A DNA stretch of 24,000 bases from Aureispira sp. CCB-QB1. Its GTDB lineage: Bacteria > Bacteroidota > Bacteroidia > Chitinophagales > Saprospiraceae. A program made the translations under genes and the position numbers. Positions 1 through 9,089 of this stretch are shown in pieces. A model generated the notes under the pieces. That model ran no database searches. It was not told the origin of the DNA and was given only the letters and a program-made list of their open reading frames with translations. The first letter of the stretch is position 1. Every line of letters starts with the position of its first letter. The DNA lies in the NCBI GenBank assembly GCA_945870185.1, contig CAMBRK010000043.1, positions 660 through 24,659 of the forward strand, in the 5' to 3' direction.

Positions 1-1
1 C

Positions 2-967
2 ATTTATGCTGGTGATGTCACTAAGTGGATAAAATTTGCGAATTCCCTAAGACTTAGATTGGCAATGCGCATATCGAATGTGGATCCTGCAAAAGCAAAA
101 ACTGAAGCAGAAGCAGCTATAGCAGGAGGCGTGATGGAAAGTACTGCAGATGACGCATTGATGTACAAAACTGAAAATGGCACGGATGTCAATGGTCTTG
201 CTGGTATTTCTGTTTGGAATGAATTCCGAATGAGCGCAGCTATGGAATCCACTTTAAAAGGGTACAAAGATCCTCGCATCGGGGTATATTTTCAACCTAC
301 AGGCTCAGGTGAATTTGAAGGTCTTAGGAATGGATTGACACCTACACAGTTGGGGGATGTCAAAAACTTGCCTGGCGCCAACTCTAATATTGGAACTAGA
401 TGGGTGACTGGCTCAGGTGGTGCATGGAATAGGGTGGGTACAACACCTCAAAATATCATGCACGCGGCAGAAATATACTTTATTAGAGCTGAGGGTGCGC
501 TTAAAGGTTGGAATGTAGGTGGATCAGCACAAGTCATGTACAATAAGGGAATAGAAGCATCTATGAAACAATGGGGAATTAATAATCAAGCAGCTATCGA
601 TAGCTATATTAATTCATCAGATAGGCCATCAGCGCCGGGTGATTTTCTTAATTCTGGCCCACTTAATGATGCACCTATTAAATTTGATAATGATGTAAAT
701 ATGCAGAAATTGCAAATAGCTACCCAAAAATGGTTGGCATTATATCCTGATGGAATTGAAGCTTGGGCAGATAGTAGAAGATCCAATCTTCCAGTTCTTT
801 ATCCTGTGGCTAATAATGAAAATGCAGATATTACAGGAGGTGGTAGACCTTTGCGAATTCCTTTCCTTGATCAAGAAAAAGTTACACATGCTGAAGGTGT
901 AAAGACAGGAGAACCTCTTTTAGGTGGACCTGATAAGGTGAGTACACCTTTATGGTGGGACAAATAA
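2..967 (+). CDS. SusD/RagB-family nutrient-binding outer-membrane lipoprotein, C-terminal part (5' end lies upstream of the window)
   Basis: The frame of track ORF 59..967 stays open back to nt 2 (IYAGDVTKWIKFANSLRLRLAMR...), so the gene starts before the window. KFANSLRLRLAMR, IYFIRAEGAL.GWN and QKWLALYPDG.EAW.D.RR are strings I recognise as typical of the C-terminal half of SusD-like proteins. Confidence 0.85.
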   Translation: MYAGDVTKWIKFANSLRLRLAMRISNVDPAKAKTEAEAAIAGGVMESTADDALMYKTENGTDVNGLAGISVWNEFRMSAAMESTLKGYKDPRIGVYFQPTGSGEFEGLRNGLTPTQLGDVKNLPGANSNIGTRWVTGSGGAWNRVGTTPQNIMHAAEIYFIRAEGALKGWNVGGSAQVMYNKGIEASMKQWGINNQAAIDSYINSSDRPSAPGDFLNSGPLNDAPIKFDNDVNMQKLQIATQKWLALYPDGIEAWADSRRSNLPVLYPVANNENADITGGGRPLRIPFLDQEKVTHAEGVKTGEPLLGGPDKVSTPLWWDK

Positions 968-993
968 TATTTGTTATATTAGTTAATTAATTT

Positions 994-1025
994 AGAAAGG
1001 CCTTTGACAAAGGCCTTTCTTTTTA
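994..1025 (+). terminator. Rho-independent terminator after the SusD-like gene
   Basis: Perfect 12-bp stem AGAAAGGCCTTT (994-1005) / AAAGGCCTTTCT (1009-1020) with a 3-nt loop, followed by a T-run; 27 nt after the stop codon. Confidence 0.8.
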
Positions 1026-1106
1026 AGGTAAAGATAACCTTAAATATTTTTATTACTCCAACTATAAAATTCAACTTTTTTAATACTTTTTGCTAAACAA
1101 ATTTGG

Positions 1107-1114
1107 TACCTTTG
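1107..1114 (+). promoter_or_regulatory. Bacteroidota -7 promoter box (TAnnTTTG)
   Basis: TACCTTTG matches TAnnTTTG exactly, about 20 nt upstream of the ATG at 1135. A TTTG lies at 1089-1092, but its spacing for a -33 element is not ideal. Confidence 0.5.
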
Positions 1115-1134
1115 TTTGCATTATCACATAATTT

Positions 1135-4100
1135 ATGACCTCATTCATGTATAGTAGAAATCTTGTATATCTTTTAATTTTAATATTTGTATTCCAAAAT
1201 TGTAAACAAGCGGAATATAAAAAACTTTTTTCCAAAGTCCATTCATCTGAGAGCAAGATTAGATTTAAAAACTTACTTGAAGATTCTAAAGATTTTAATG
1301 TGTTGAAATATGGTTACTTTTATAATGGTGGTGGAGTAGCAGCAGCAGATTTTAATAATGATGGATATTTGGACTTGTACTTTACTGCAAATATTGGAGA
1401 TGATAAATTATATATAAATAAAGGATCAGGGAAAATTTCCTTTGAAGATATTACAGCGACAGCAGGTATCAAAATAGAGCAAGGATGGAAAACCGGAGTC
1501 AGTGTGGTAGATATAAACGAAGATGGATGGATGGATATCTATATTTGCAGGTCAGCTGCCGAAAGCCCCTTAATGCGTAGCAACCTATTATTTATCAACA
1601 ATAAAAATTTGACTTTTACAGAGTCTGCGGCTAAATATGGATTAAATGACTCAGGTTATAGTACACAAGCAGCCTTTTTTGACTACGATAAGGATGGGGA
1701 CTTGGATTGTTTTATTCTGAATCATTCTGTGCAAAAATATGCTGGTTTTAGTCAGAATCTAAAAACGTATAAAGCTACTCAAGATATAAACTACACATCA
1801 AGATTACTTCAAAACGATGATGGTAAATATGTAGATGTCACAAACAAGGCAGGATTGATCTCAAATGTGCTCAGTTTCGGACTCGGAGTGATGGTGAGCG
1901 ATTATAATAATGATGGCTGGCTTGACCTATATGTTTCCAATGATTATAATGAGGAAGATTACCTTTATATCAATCAACAAGATGGAACTTTTATAGAATC
2001 AATAAAAAATGCTACAACATACACTTCTTTATTTTCCATGGGTTCGGATGCTGCAGACATCAATGATGATGGTACGATCGATTTAATGACATTAGATATG
2101 CTACCCGAAAAAAATGAAAGAATCAAGATGACTTCTGGGGATGACAACTATGAGAAATATCAAAATTTACTCAATTCAGGTTTTCATCACCAGTATATGA
2201 GAAATATGCTACAAATCAATATTGGAAATCATCAGATGTATAAAACTAATAAAGGTATATATGTACCACAATTTAAAGAAGTAGCACAGTTTAGCGGTGT
2301 GTCAAATACAGATTGGTCTTGGTCTGCCCTCATTGCCGATTTTGATAACGATGGGAGTAAAGATATTTTTGTAACTAATGGATACGAAAAAGACTATACC
2401 AATATGGACTTCCTAAGCTATACTGTAGATTTACAAACCAAAAACTCATCTGGCAAGATCAATGAAATGGATGTCATCTCTAATATGCCCACTATTAAAG
2501 AAAGTAATTATATTTTTAAAAATGAAGGTGGTTTAAGGTTTTCTAACCAAAAATTGGCTTGGGGAATCGATGAAATCACCAATTCTGCCGGCGCTGTTTA
2601 TGCTGATTTGGACAATGATGGTGACCTCGATTTGATTACCAATAACCTAAACGCTGAAGCATCAATTTATAAAAATAATACCCTATCAAAAAACAATAAT
2701 TTTGTTAAAGTCGCCTTAAAAAATGCTAATCAAAGCCATGTTATAGGTGCTAAAGTTTATGTATATCATGCTTCAGGTCTTAAAATTCAAGAATTTATAC
2801 CAGTAAGAGGTTATCAGTCGTCATCCCAACAACCTTTGGTATTTGGACTTGGCAATGTAACCAAATTGGATTCTCTAAGGGTTGATTGGACTGACGGCAC
2901 TTCAGACATCTTGTTTAGTCCAGGTATCAATCGAACTATTGAAATGAAAAAAGGTATAAAAAATTTAAGTTACCCTCCTATTGTTTATCCAATAAACTTA
3001 ACAGAAGTAAGTAATCTTGACTTTGCACATCTACCTAATGAGATTAATGATTTTAAAATTCAAAGCCTTTTACCGTATGCAGTTTCTGGACAAGGCCCTA
3101 AATTAGTATCAAATCAGTCAAAAGATTTACTCTATATCTGTGGAACCCAAAAAAGTCCGGGCAAAATTTTTAAGTATTCTAAAGGATCTTTTGTACCAAT
3201 TAAGTTCAAAAATGTAATGGATGAAAATGTCACGGAAAGCAGTGCAACATTTGCTGACATAGATAGTGACGGCGATGATGATTTGATTGTGGTACATTTT
3301 GGATATGATATAAAGCCTAAATCAAAGGCTTTACTGCCAAAGGTTTTCATTAACCATGACAATAAATTTGAACTTCAAAATGCTTATTTCGGAAGTGAAG
3401 CAAAAATCAATGCAGGCGTCGTTCTTGCTTTTGATTATGATAATGATGGAGATCAAGACATTTTTATAGGTTGTAGGGTAATGCCAAGTCAGTATCCACA
3501 ATCCATGCCTTCTATTTTATTTACCAATGATGGTAAAGGCAATTTTACTATTAATAATGGACATACTCTAGATTTAGGTATGGTAACTGATGCACTTACT
3601 TTGGTCAATCCAAAAGGATTTTTAGAGTTAATAGTAGCTAGAGAATTTAACTCAGTAATCAAAGTGTTAAATGCAAATGGCTTACTAAACTTATCTATAT
3701 CAATCCCGATAACAGATACAGGCCTTTGGTTTTCTTTAGCTTCTGGAGATTTAAATAAAGATGGTGTAATGGATATAGTAGCAGGAAATCTTGGATTAAA
3801 CAATCAACTAAATTTTGTATCAAAGGGGCAATTGTCTTTATATGATTTTCCATTTTTTGGTATTGCGAAGTCTATACCTTTGCTTTGTATCAATGAAGAA
3901 GGGAATACTTATCCATTTGCTGCAAGAGATGAATTATTAAGTCAAATTCCTCAACTAAAAAAGAAATATACAAACTATGCACAATATGCAACCGCAAGTA
4001 TTCAAGATATATTTGGTAGTGAAATAGAAAAGGCGAAAAAGTATACGGCATCAACTTTGGAGTCTGTATTAATAAAAGATATTATGGGAATCTCTGAAGT

Positions 4101-4395
4101 TGAAAAATTGCCTTTTCAGGCTCAATTATCTCCAGTCAATACTATTGTATTTTATGATATAAATGGTGACGGCTATGATGATCTGATTATTTCAGGGGCT
4201 ATATATCAGTCAAGGGTTCGGATTGGGATCATGGACGGGTCTGATATTTCAGTATTTTTAAACAATAAGCAAGGTGCATTTACATATTTAAAAGAATTGG
4301 GTATCAAAGGCCAAGTAACATCAATGACAATGTTTGATAAAACCTTACTTGCTGGGGTACATAATGATTGGGTTAGATATTTGAAATTTAATTAA
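1135..4395 (+). CDS. FG-GAP/VCBS-repeat protein with ASPIC/UnbV-like domain (CRTAC1-like), probable lipoprotein
   Basis: About 11 Ca-binding FG-GAP-type loops (DFNNDGYLDLY, DINEDGWMDIY, DYDKDGDLDCF, DYNNDGWLDLY, DINDDGTIDL, DFDNDGSKDIF, DLDNDGDLDL, DIDSDGDDDL, DYDNDGDQDIF, DLNKDGVMDIV, DINGDGYDDL). A central UnbV/ASPIC-like segment (GAKVYVY...RGYQSSSQQPLVFGLG...LRVDWTDG). An N-terminal signal with a Cys (LILIFVFQNC). It sits directly downstream of the SusD-like gene, a common context for this family. Confidence 0.85.
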   Translation: MTSFMYSRNLVYLLILIFVFQNCKQAEYKKLFSKVHSSESKIRFKNLLEDSKDFNVLKYGYFYNGGGVAAADFNNDGYLDLYFTANIGDDKLYINKGSGKISFEDITATAGIKIEQGWKTGVSVVDINEDGWMDIYICRSAAESPLMRSNLLFINNKNLTFTESAAKYGLNDSGYSTQAAFFDYDKDGDLDCFILNHSVQKYAGFSQNLKTYKATQDINYTSRLLQNDDGKYVDVTNKAGLISNVLSFGLGVMVSDYNNDGWLDLYVSNDYNEEDYLYINQQDGTFIESIKNATTYTSLFSMGSDAADINDDGTIDLMTLDMLPEKNERIKMTSGDDNYEKYQNLLNSGFHHQYMRNMLQINIGNHQMYKTNKGIYVPQFKEVAQFSGVSNTDWSWSALIADFDNDGSKDIFVTNGYEKDYTNMDFLSYTVDLQTKNSSGKINEMDVISNMPTIKESNYIFKNEGGLRFSNQKLAWGIDEITNSAGAVYADLDNDGDLDLITNNLNAEASIYKNNTLSKNNNFVKVALKNANQSHVIGAKVYVYHASGLKIQEFIPVRGYQSSSQQPLVFGLGNVTKLDSLRVDWTDGTSDILFSPGINRTIEMKKGIKNLSYPPIVYPINLTEVSNLDFAHLPNEINDFKIQSLLPYAVSGQGPKLVSNQSKDLLYICGTQKSPGKIFKYSKGSFVPIKFKNVMDENVTESSATFADIDSDGDDDLIVVHFGYDIKPKSKALLPKVFINHDNKFELQNAYFGSEAKINAGVVLAFDYDNDGDQDIFIGCRVMPSQYPQSMPSILFTNDGKGNFTINNGHTLDLGMVTDALTLVNPKGFLELIVAREFNSVIKVLNANGLLNLSISIPITDTGLWFSLASGDLNKDGVMDIVAGNLGLNNQLNFVSKGQLSLYDFPFFGIAKSIPLLCINEEGNTYPFAARDELLSQIPQLKKKYTNYAQYATASIQDIFGSEIEKAKKYTASTLESVLIKDIMGISEVEKLPFQAQLSPVNTIVFYDINGDGYDDLIISGAIYQSRVRIGIMDGSDISVFLNNKQGAFTYLKELGIKGQVTSMTMFDKTLLAGVHNDWVRYLKFN

Positions 4396-4563
4396 CAACG
4401 AAAATGAGTTAAATACAATGAAGGTTTAGACAATAACGGCGCCTTAGCTTACTCAATAGTTTGGAACAATTACCAAAAAGTGTTTTAAGCATATTGATTA
4501 GCATCAAATTAAAAAAAAGATAATGAGATATTCAAATAAAATAATTCTACAAAACAAATATAA

Positions 4564-5298
4564 ATGAATAATAAACAACATTTTACAGAGAGTGGATACA
4601 GAAAATTCAAAAATATTGTCCACACAGAAGAGCTGACGTACTTAAGATCGTTGTATGATGATTTTCTCAATAATAAGTATGACTTGGCAGGTCATAGAGG
4701 AGATTTAGCCGGTGGAAACTCCACTTCAAAAAAGGTAGAAAAAATCACTCAGATCATGAGACCGTCCTTGATAGTGAAAGAGCTTGCTGACACTAAAACT
4801 TATCAAAAAGTAATCAAGATTGCTAAAGAGCTCATGGGTGATGATATAGAAATGGATTTTGACATGATGATCGATAAAGCACCAGGTACAGATACAAAAA
4901 CTCCTTGGCATCAGGATGCAGCGTATTGGCCCAATATGGAAGACAAAAGAGCACTTTCATTTTGGATAGCCCTAGATGACGCAGACCAAGAAAATGGTTG
5001 TATGATGTATGTGCATGGGTCTCATCAAAGACCCATATTACCACATAACCAACCTAAGCCAAATGCTGCGCTGCAATGCGAAGTGAGTCATGATGACGAT
5101 ATCGTTTATGGTGAAATACCTTCAGGCGATGCCATAGTACACCATGGATACACCCTACATGCAGCCTTGGGCAATAAATCATCAGACAGACATCGAAGGG
5201 CACTAATCATCAATCTAAGACCCAAAGCCATGATTGATTATATGAGAAACCTGGGATATGATCATCTGGGCAAAAGAGAAATAAAAAATAAAGTTTAA
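4564..5298 (+). CDS. Phytanoyl-CoA dioxygenase (PhyH)-family Fe(II)/2-oxoglutarate-dependent oxygenase
   Basis: WHQDAAYWP (H-x-D of the facial triad), a distal His in VHHGYTLHAA, and R..LIINL near the C-terminus. The N-terminal F.ESGY..F motif is typical of PhyH-like proteins. No signal peptide. Confidence 0.75.
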   Translation: MNNKQHFTESGYRKFKNIVHTEELTYLRSLYDDFLNNKYDLAGHRGDLAGGNSTSKKVEKITQIMRPSLIVKELADTKTYQKVIKIAKELMGDDIEMDFDMMIDKAPGTDTKTPWHQDAAYWPNMEDKRALSFWIALDDADQENGCMMYVHGSHQRPILPHNQPKPNAALQCEVSHDDDIVYGEIPSGDAIVHHGYTLHAALGNKSSDRHRRALIINLRPKAMIDYMRNLGYDHLGKREIKNKV

Positions 5299-5319
5299 AA
5301 ATCATTAAATAACACAATC

Positions 5320-7572
5320 ATGAAGCTGTATCATTTTCTGACCGTATCATTTCTTACAGTAATTTTGTATTCTTGTAGTTCAAAACAGGATGCAAACGTA
5401 TCTTATACAGTTAATCTGGGCATCATTCCGGCTCCCAATAATGTCTTGGATAAAAATAAAACATCAGCACTGAAGGATGTCAAAATTGCCCTTCAAAGTC
5501 AGATGAACCCTGATTTTTATCAACAACTCATATCAGATATACAAGGTGTCTCTTTGGTAGATCAGTCAAAAGCGAATGTAATCCTTACAGAATTTAAAAA
5601 TTTGGAGAAAGAAGGCTATCAACTTACCATTGAAAATGACAAAATAGAGATCAGTGCAGGCAGTAGTACGGGCTTTCAGTATGGACTGACTAGCTTGATT
5701 CAGATGGTACAGCATCATGGTTTTCCGTTGCCTCAGGTGGTGATAGAAGATAGTCCAAAATTTAGATACCGAGGTATGCATCTTGATGTGGCTCGTCATT
5801 TCTTTGGTGTAGCTGATGTCAAGAAATATTTGGATTATATGGCCTACTATAAATTTAATAACTTTCATTGGCATCTTACGGAAGATCAAGGTTGGCGCAT
5901 CGAAATCAAAAAATACCCTAATCTTCAGGAAATAGCAGCCTACAGAAAAGAAACCCTCATAGGTCACTATAATGATCAACCTCACAAATTTGATGGTAAA
6001 CGATATGGTGGATTTTATACCCAAGAAGAAGTCAAAGAGATCGTTGCATATGCCACTGACCGAAATATCAATGTCATACCAGAAATCGAGATGCCCGGTC
6101 ACGCTCAGGCAGCTATAGCAGCTTATCCTGAACTAGGTTGTGAAAATAAAAAGTACGAAGTGGCCACAAAATGGGGCGTGTTCGAAGATGTGTTTTGCCC
6201 TAATGAAGTGACCTTTACCTTTCTGGAAGATGTCATGGACGAAGTGATCACGCTCTTTCCGGGTAAGTATATCCACATAGGCGGTGACGAATGCCCCAAA
6301 GAAGCTTGGAAAAAAAGTGCCTTTTGTCAAAACCTCATTAAAAAACAAAATCTTAAAGACGAACACGGACTGCAAAGCTATTTTATACAAAGAATGGAAA
6401 AGTACATCAACTCCAAAGGCAAACAAATCATAGGATGGGATGAAATTTTGGAAGGAGGACTTGCACCCAATGCCACAGTCATGTCTTGGAGAGGCATCGA
6501 AGGAGGATTGGAAGCTGCTCGCCAGGATCATGACGTTATTATGACTCCAGGTACCCACTGCTATTTTGATCACTATCAATCCGAATCACCTGACGAGCCC
6601 GTAGCCATTGGTGGATATACTACAGTAGAAAAAGTATATCATTGGGAACCTATTCCGGATTCATTAGCAGAAGACAAAAGAAAATATATCCTCGGTGGCC
6701 AATCCAATCTATGGAGTGAGTATATTAAAGCGTATTCTGGCGTGGAATACATGGTATATGCCCGCGGTATGGCCATGTCAGAAGCACTGTGGAGTAGCAA
6801 CAAAGATTACACCGCTTTTCTACCACGTTATATGAAACACAATGACTATTGGAAGTCGAAAGGAGCCAATATGGCTTTTCATGTGTATGATCTCAAACCC
6901 ATGGTAGATGCAGGCAAAGGGCAACCTGTAAGTATCAGTTTTATGATACCTGAGGGTACAGAAGTTCAATATAGTGTCAATGGCGGCGCTTCTCAAAAAA
7001 TGGATACCCAAAAACCATTGGATATAACCGAAAATGGTAATTATGCTTTCACCGCGGGTAAAGACGGGAGAAATGGTAAACCTTTGCTTCTTGATTTTGA
7101 CTTGCACAAAGCCACGTCAGCTACCCTTACTTTGGAACATGACGCTGCAAAACAATACGCCGGCAATGGTCCAGGAAGCATCATCAATGGTATCAAAGGA
7201 AGTGACGAAAAATATGGTGGTACAGAATGGTTGGGTTTTGATGGAGTAGATGCAATCGGTATACTTGATTTTGGTAAACCAACTGAAATCAACAATGTCA
7301 ATTTTAGGTTTTTCAAAGGAGAAGGACAGTGGATATACCTTCCAAAAAGCATAGAAGTTTTCGGCTCTGAAGATGGTAAAACTTTCACATCTTTAAAAAA
7401 AATATCTGAAATTGCTACTTCCACAAAGATCGCAAGCATAAACATTGATATTAAAAATAATCAAACTAGATATCTGAAGTTTATTGCCACTAACTATGGC
7501 ACGATACCAGAAGGCAGTCAAGGAGCAGGGCATAAAGCCTGGTTATTTGTTAACGAAGTAGTCGTTAAATAA
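5320..7572 (+). CDS. Beta-N-acetylhexosaminidase (GH20) with C-terminal discoidin/F5-8-type-C (CBM32-like) module, lipoprotein
   Basis: GH20 catalytic signatures RGMHLDVARHF, NNFHWHLTEDQGWRIEIKKYP, IPEIEMPGHA and HIGGDEC. Lipoprotein signal LTVILYSC. The C-terminal ~150 aa (EWLGFDG...YLKFIATNYG...WLFVNEVVV) resembles a discoidin domain. The start is 21 nt after the PhyH-like stop. Confidence 0.9.
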   Translation: MKLYHFLTVSFLTVILYSCSSKQDANVSYTVNLGIIPAPNNVLDKNKTSALKDVKIALQSQMNPDFYQQLISDIQGVSLVDQSKANVILTEFKNLEKEGYQLTIENDKIEISAGSSTGFQYGLTSLIQMVQHHGFPLPQVVIEDSPKFRYRGMHLDVARHFFGVADVKKYLDYMAYYKFNNFHWHLTEDQGWRIEIKKYPNLQEIAAYRKETLIGHYNDQPHKFDGKRYGGFYTQEEVKEIVAYATDRNINVIPEIEMPGHAQAAIAAYPELGCENKKYEVATKWGVFEDVFCPNEVTFTFLEDVMDEVITLFPGKYIHIGGDECPKEAWKKSAFCQNLIKKQNLKDEHGLQSYFIQRMEKYINSKGKQIIGWDEILEGGLAPNATVMSWRGIEGGLEAARQDHDVIMTPGTHCYFDHYQSESPDEPVAIGGYTTVEKVYHWEPIPDSLAEDKRKYILGGQSNLWSEYIKAYSGVEYMVYARGMAMSEALWSSNKDYTAFLPRYMKHNDYWKSKGANMAFHVYDLKPMVDAGKGQPVSISFMIPEGTEVQYSVNGGASQKMDTQKPLDITENGNYAFTAGKDGRNGKPLLLDFDLHKATSATLTLEHDAAKQYAGNGPGSIINGIKGSDEKYGGTEWLGFDGVDAIGILDFGKPTEINNVNFRFFKGEGQWIYLPKSIEVFGSEDGKTFTSLKKISEIATSTKIASINIDIKNNQTRYLKFIATNYGTIPEGSQGAGHKAWLFVNEVVVK

Positions 7573-7581
7573 AAGTGTAAA

Positions 7582-8664
7582 ATGAGCGATTTACTCAATT
7601 TTAGGTTCCTTTTATCCTTTGTTTATCTATTAATAGCCTTGATTACAAATGGCCAGCAAACTGATCTTTACACCTATGCACCTGAGATATTCATCTGTCA
7701 AAAAATAAGTTCGGAAGCAAGAATAACCATAGACGGTGATCTCAATGACAAAGCATGGCAGTCGGCGGAGTGGATTACCCGATTAGTAGATATAGAAGGA
7801 GAGATCAAGCCAAAACCACTTTATGAAACCAAGATATCTTTATTATGGGATGATGATTTTCTTTACATTGCGGCTGAGCTCAAAGAACCTAACCTTTGGG
7901 CTACCATGGATAAACAAGATATGTATTTATTTCATGAAAATGATTTTGAGGTATTCTTGGACCCGGATGGAGACACACATCACTATGCTGAGATAGAAAT
8001 CAATGCCTTAAAAACAGTATGGGATTTGCTTTTGACAAAGCCATATCGCGACAAAGGAAAACCTATTGATACTTGGAACATTACAGATCTCAAAAAAGGC
8101 GTAAAATGTTTTGGTACGCTCAATGATCCTTCTGATGAAGATAATAAATGGACGGTAGAATTGGCTATTCCTTGGACAGTATTGGAAGAACTCAATTCAC
8201 ATGATGGGCCACCAAAACATGGAGACCGCTGGAAAGCAAATTTTTCAAGGGTACAATGGCAATTGGATATCCATCAAAATAAATATCTCAAAAAAGTAGA
8301 CCCAAAAACCAACAAACCCTATCCCGAATATAATTGGGTTTGGTCACCACAAGGAATCATCGCCATGCATCAACCAGAAACGTGGGGCGTCCTCATCTTT
8401 GCCGATAAAAAATCAGATATGACCACCTACATTAAAGAAGCAAAAGCTGATGAAAAAATAAAATGGCAGCTCAGGCAATTGTATTATCAGCAAAGAGATT
8501 TTTATAAAAAACATGGTATATTTACATCCACTTTAAAAACAGGGCTTTCTAAATCAAAGTTGGATATCAAAGTGACAGGGGACACATACACCATCAGGTA
8601 TTGCGAAAACCGAAAATGTTTTTATATCAATGATGAGGGAAAGGTGTGGTATTCAGAAAAATAA
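7582..8664 (+). CDS. Carbohydrate-binding family 9 (CBM9)-like secreted protein
   Basis: Signal peptide, then IDGDLNDKAWQ, LLWDDDFLYIAAEL.EP, NDFEVFLDPDGD.H.Y.EIEINALKTVWDLLLTKPYRD and GDRWKANFSRVQW, which I recognise from stand-alone CBM9-like proteins of Bacteroidota. The start is 9 nt after the GH20 stop. Confidence 0.7.
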   Translation: MSDLLNFRFLLSFVYLLIALITNGQQTDLYTYAPEIFICQKISSEARITIDGDLNDKAWQSAEWITRLVDIEGEIKPKPLYETKISLLWDDDFLYIAAELKEPNLWATMDKQDMYLFHENDFEVFLDPDGDTHHYAEIEINALKTVWDLLLTKPYRDKGKPIDTWNITDLKKGVKCFGTLNDPSDEDNKWTVELAIPWTVLEELNSHDGPPKHGDRWKANFSRVQWQLDIHQNKYLKKVDPKTNKPYPEYNWVWSPQGIIAMHQPETWGVLIFADKKSDMTTYIKEAKADEKIKWQLRQLYYQQRDFYKKHGIFTSTLKTGLSKSKLDIKVTGDTYTIRYCENRKCFYINDEGKVWYSEK

Positions 8665-8683
8665 TATTTCTATCGAGATTCAA

Positions 8684-8905
8684 ACATGTCACTCCTACGG
8701 AGTTCAATACTACGCACCTCTGGTGCTACAAATAGTTTGCTCCTCAGGAGCAAAGAATAATATGATAAATGGACTGTAAACCAGTCGACAAAAGTAATTG
8801 TAAAAATCTTGGTGCAGAGATCAACATGATAAAATGGCCCCAGCGGCTCAATACCGTTTGTAACCCAATAAATCAATGAAAACAAACTCCGTAGGAGTGG
8901 CATGT
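8684..8905. repeat. REPIN-like composite repeat with 21-nt terminal inverted repeats (copy A)
   Basis: ACATGTCACTCCTACGGAGTT (8684-8704) matches the reverse complement of AACTCCGTAGGAGTGGCATGT (8885-8905) at 20/21 positions. Each end contains the small hairpin ACTCC-nnn-GGAGT. Residues 8688-8772 align without gaps at roughly 80% identity to 9556-9640, and 8836-8866 aligns to 9641-9670. Internal hairpins are GCACC-TCT-GGTGC and TTTGCTCC-TCA-GGAGCAAA. Confidence 0.8.
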
Positions 8906-9051
8906 AAATCACTAACTATATCTTTGTAAATTATGTGAATTCTTTACAGCCATATTTATTACCGCAATAAAAAAGATAAGTTTCAGTGTTTATTAATCAA
9001 GTAACGAATCATTATTTTTTCAAAAACAATGAATGAATGCAAAATATAATC

Positions 9052-9059
9052 TATTTTTG
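9052..9059 (+). promoter_or_regulatory. Bacteroidota -7 promoter box for the RAYT gene
   Basis: TATTTTTG matches TAnnTTTG, 30 nt upstream of the ATG at 9090. A second exact match (TATCTTTG, 8919-8926) lies further upstream. Confidence 0.45.
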
Positions 9060-9089
9060 TTTTGATATTTGTAATCAAAAGTATTAGAA

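Noticed and set aside
5566-7445. Several long antisense or alternate-frame ORFs (178, 148, 95, 134 and 71 aa) within the GH20 gene
   Set aside because: The sense frame carries unambiguous GH20 and discoidin motifs across the whole interval. The other frames show no motifs and have compositions typical of shadow ORFs. The same reasoning applies to the shadow ORFs at 4..279, 604..786, 3132..3803, 4726..5044, 7983..8195, 9218..9406, 10025..10249, 10687..10869, 14128..14972, 15347..15529, 16195..16386, 16966..17163, 19230..21158 and 22651..22929.
8670-8912. Track ORF (80 aa, - strand) lying entirely within repeat copy A
   Set aside because: It is a translation of the REP-like element. Its tail ELRRSDMF is simply the reverse-strand reading of the ACTCCTACGGAG hairpin, and the same tail (ELRRSDLF) reappears in ORF 9472..9681 over repeat copy B. 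It has no start context and no independent coding signal.
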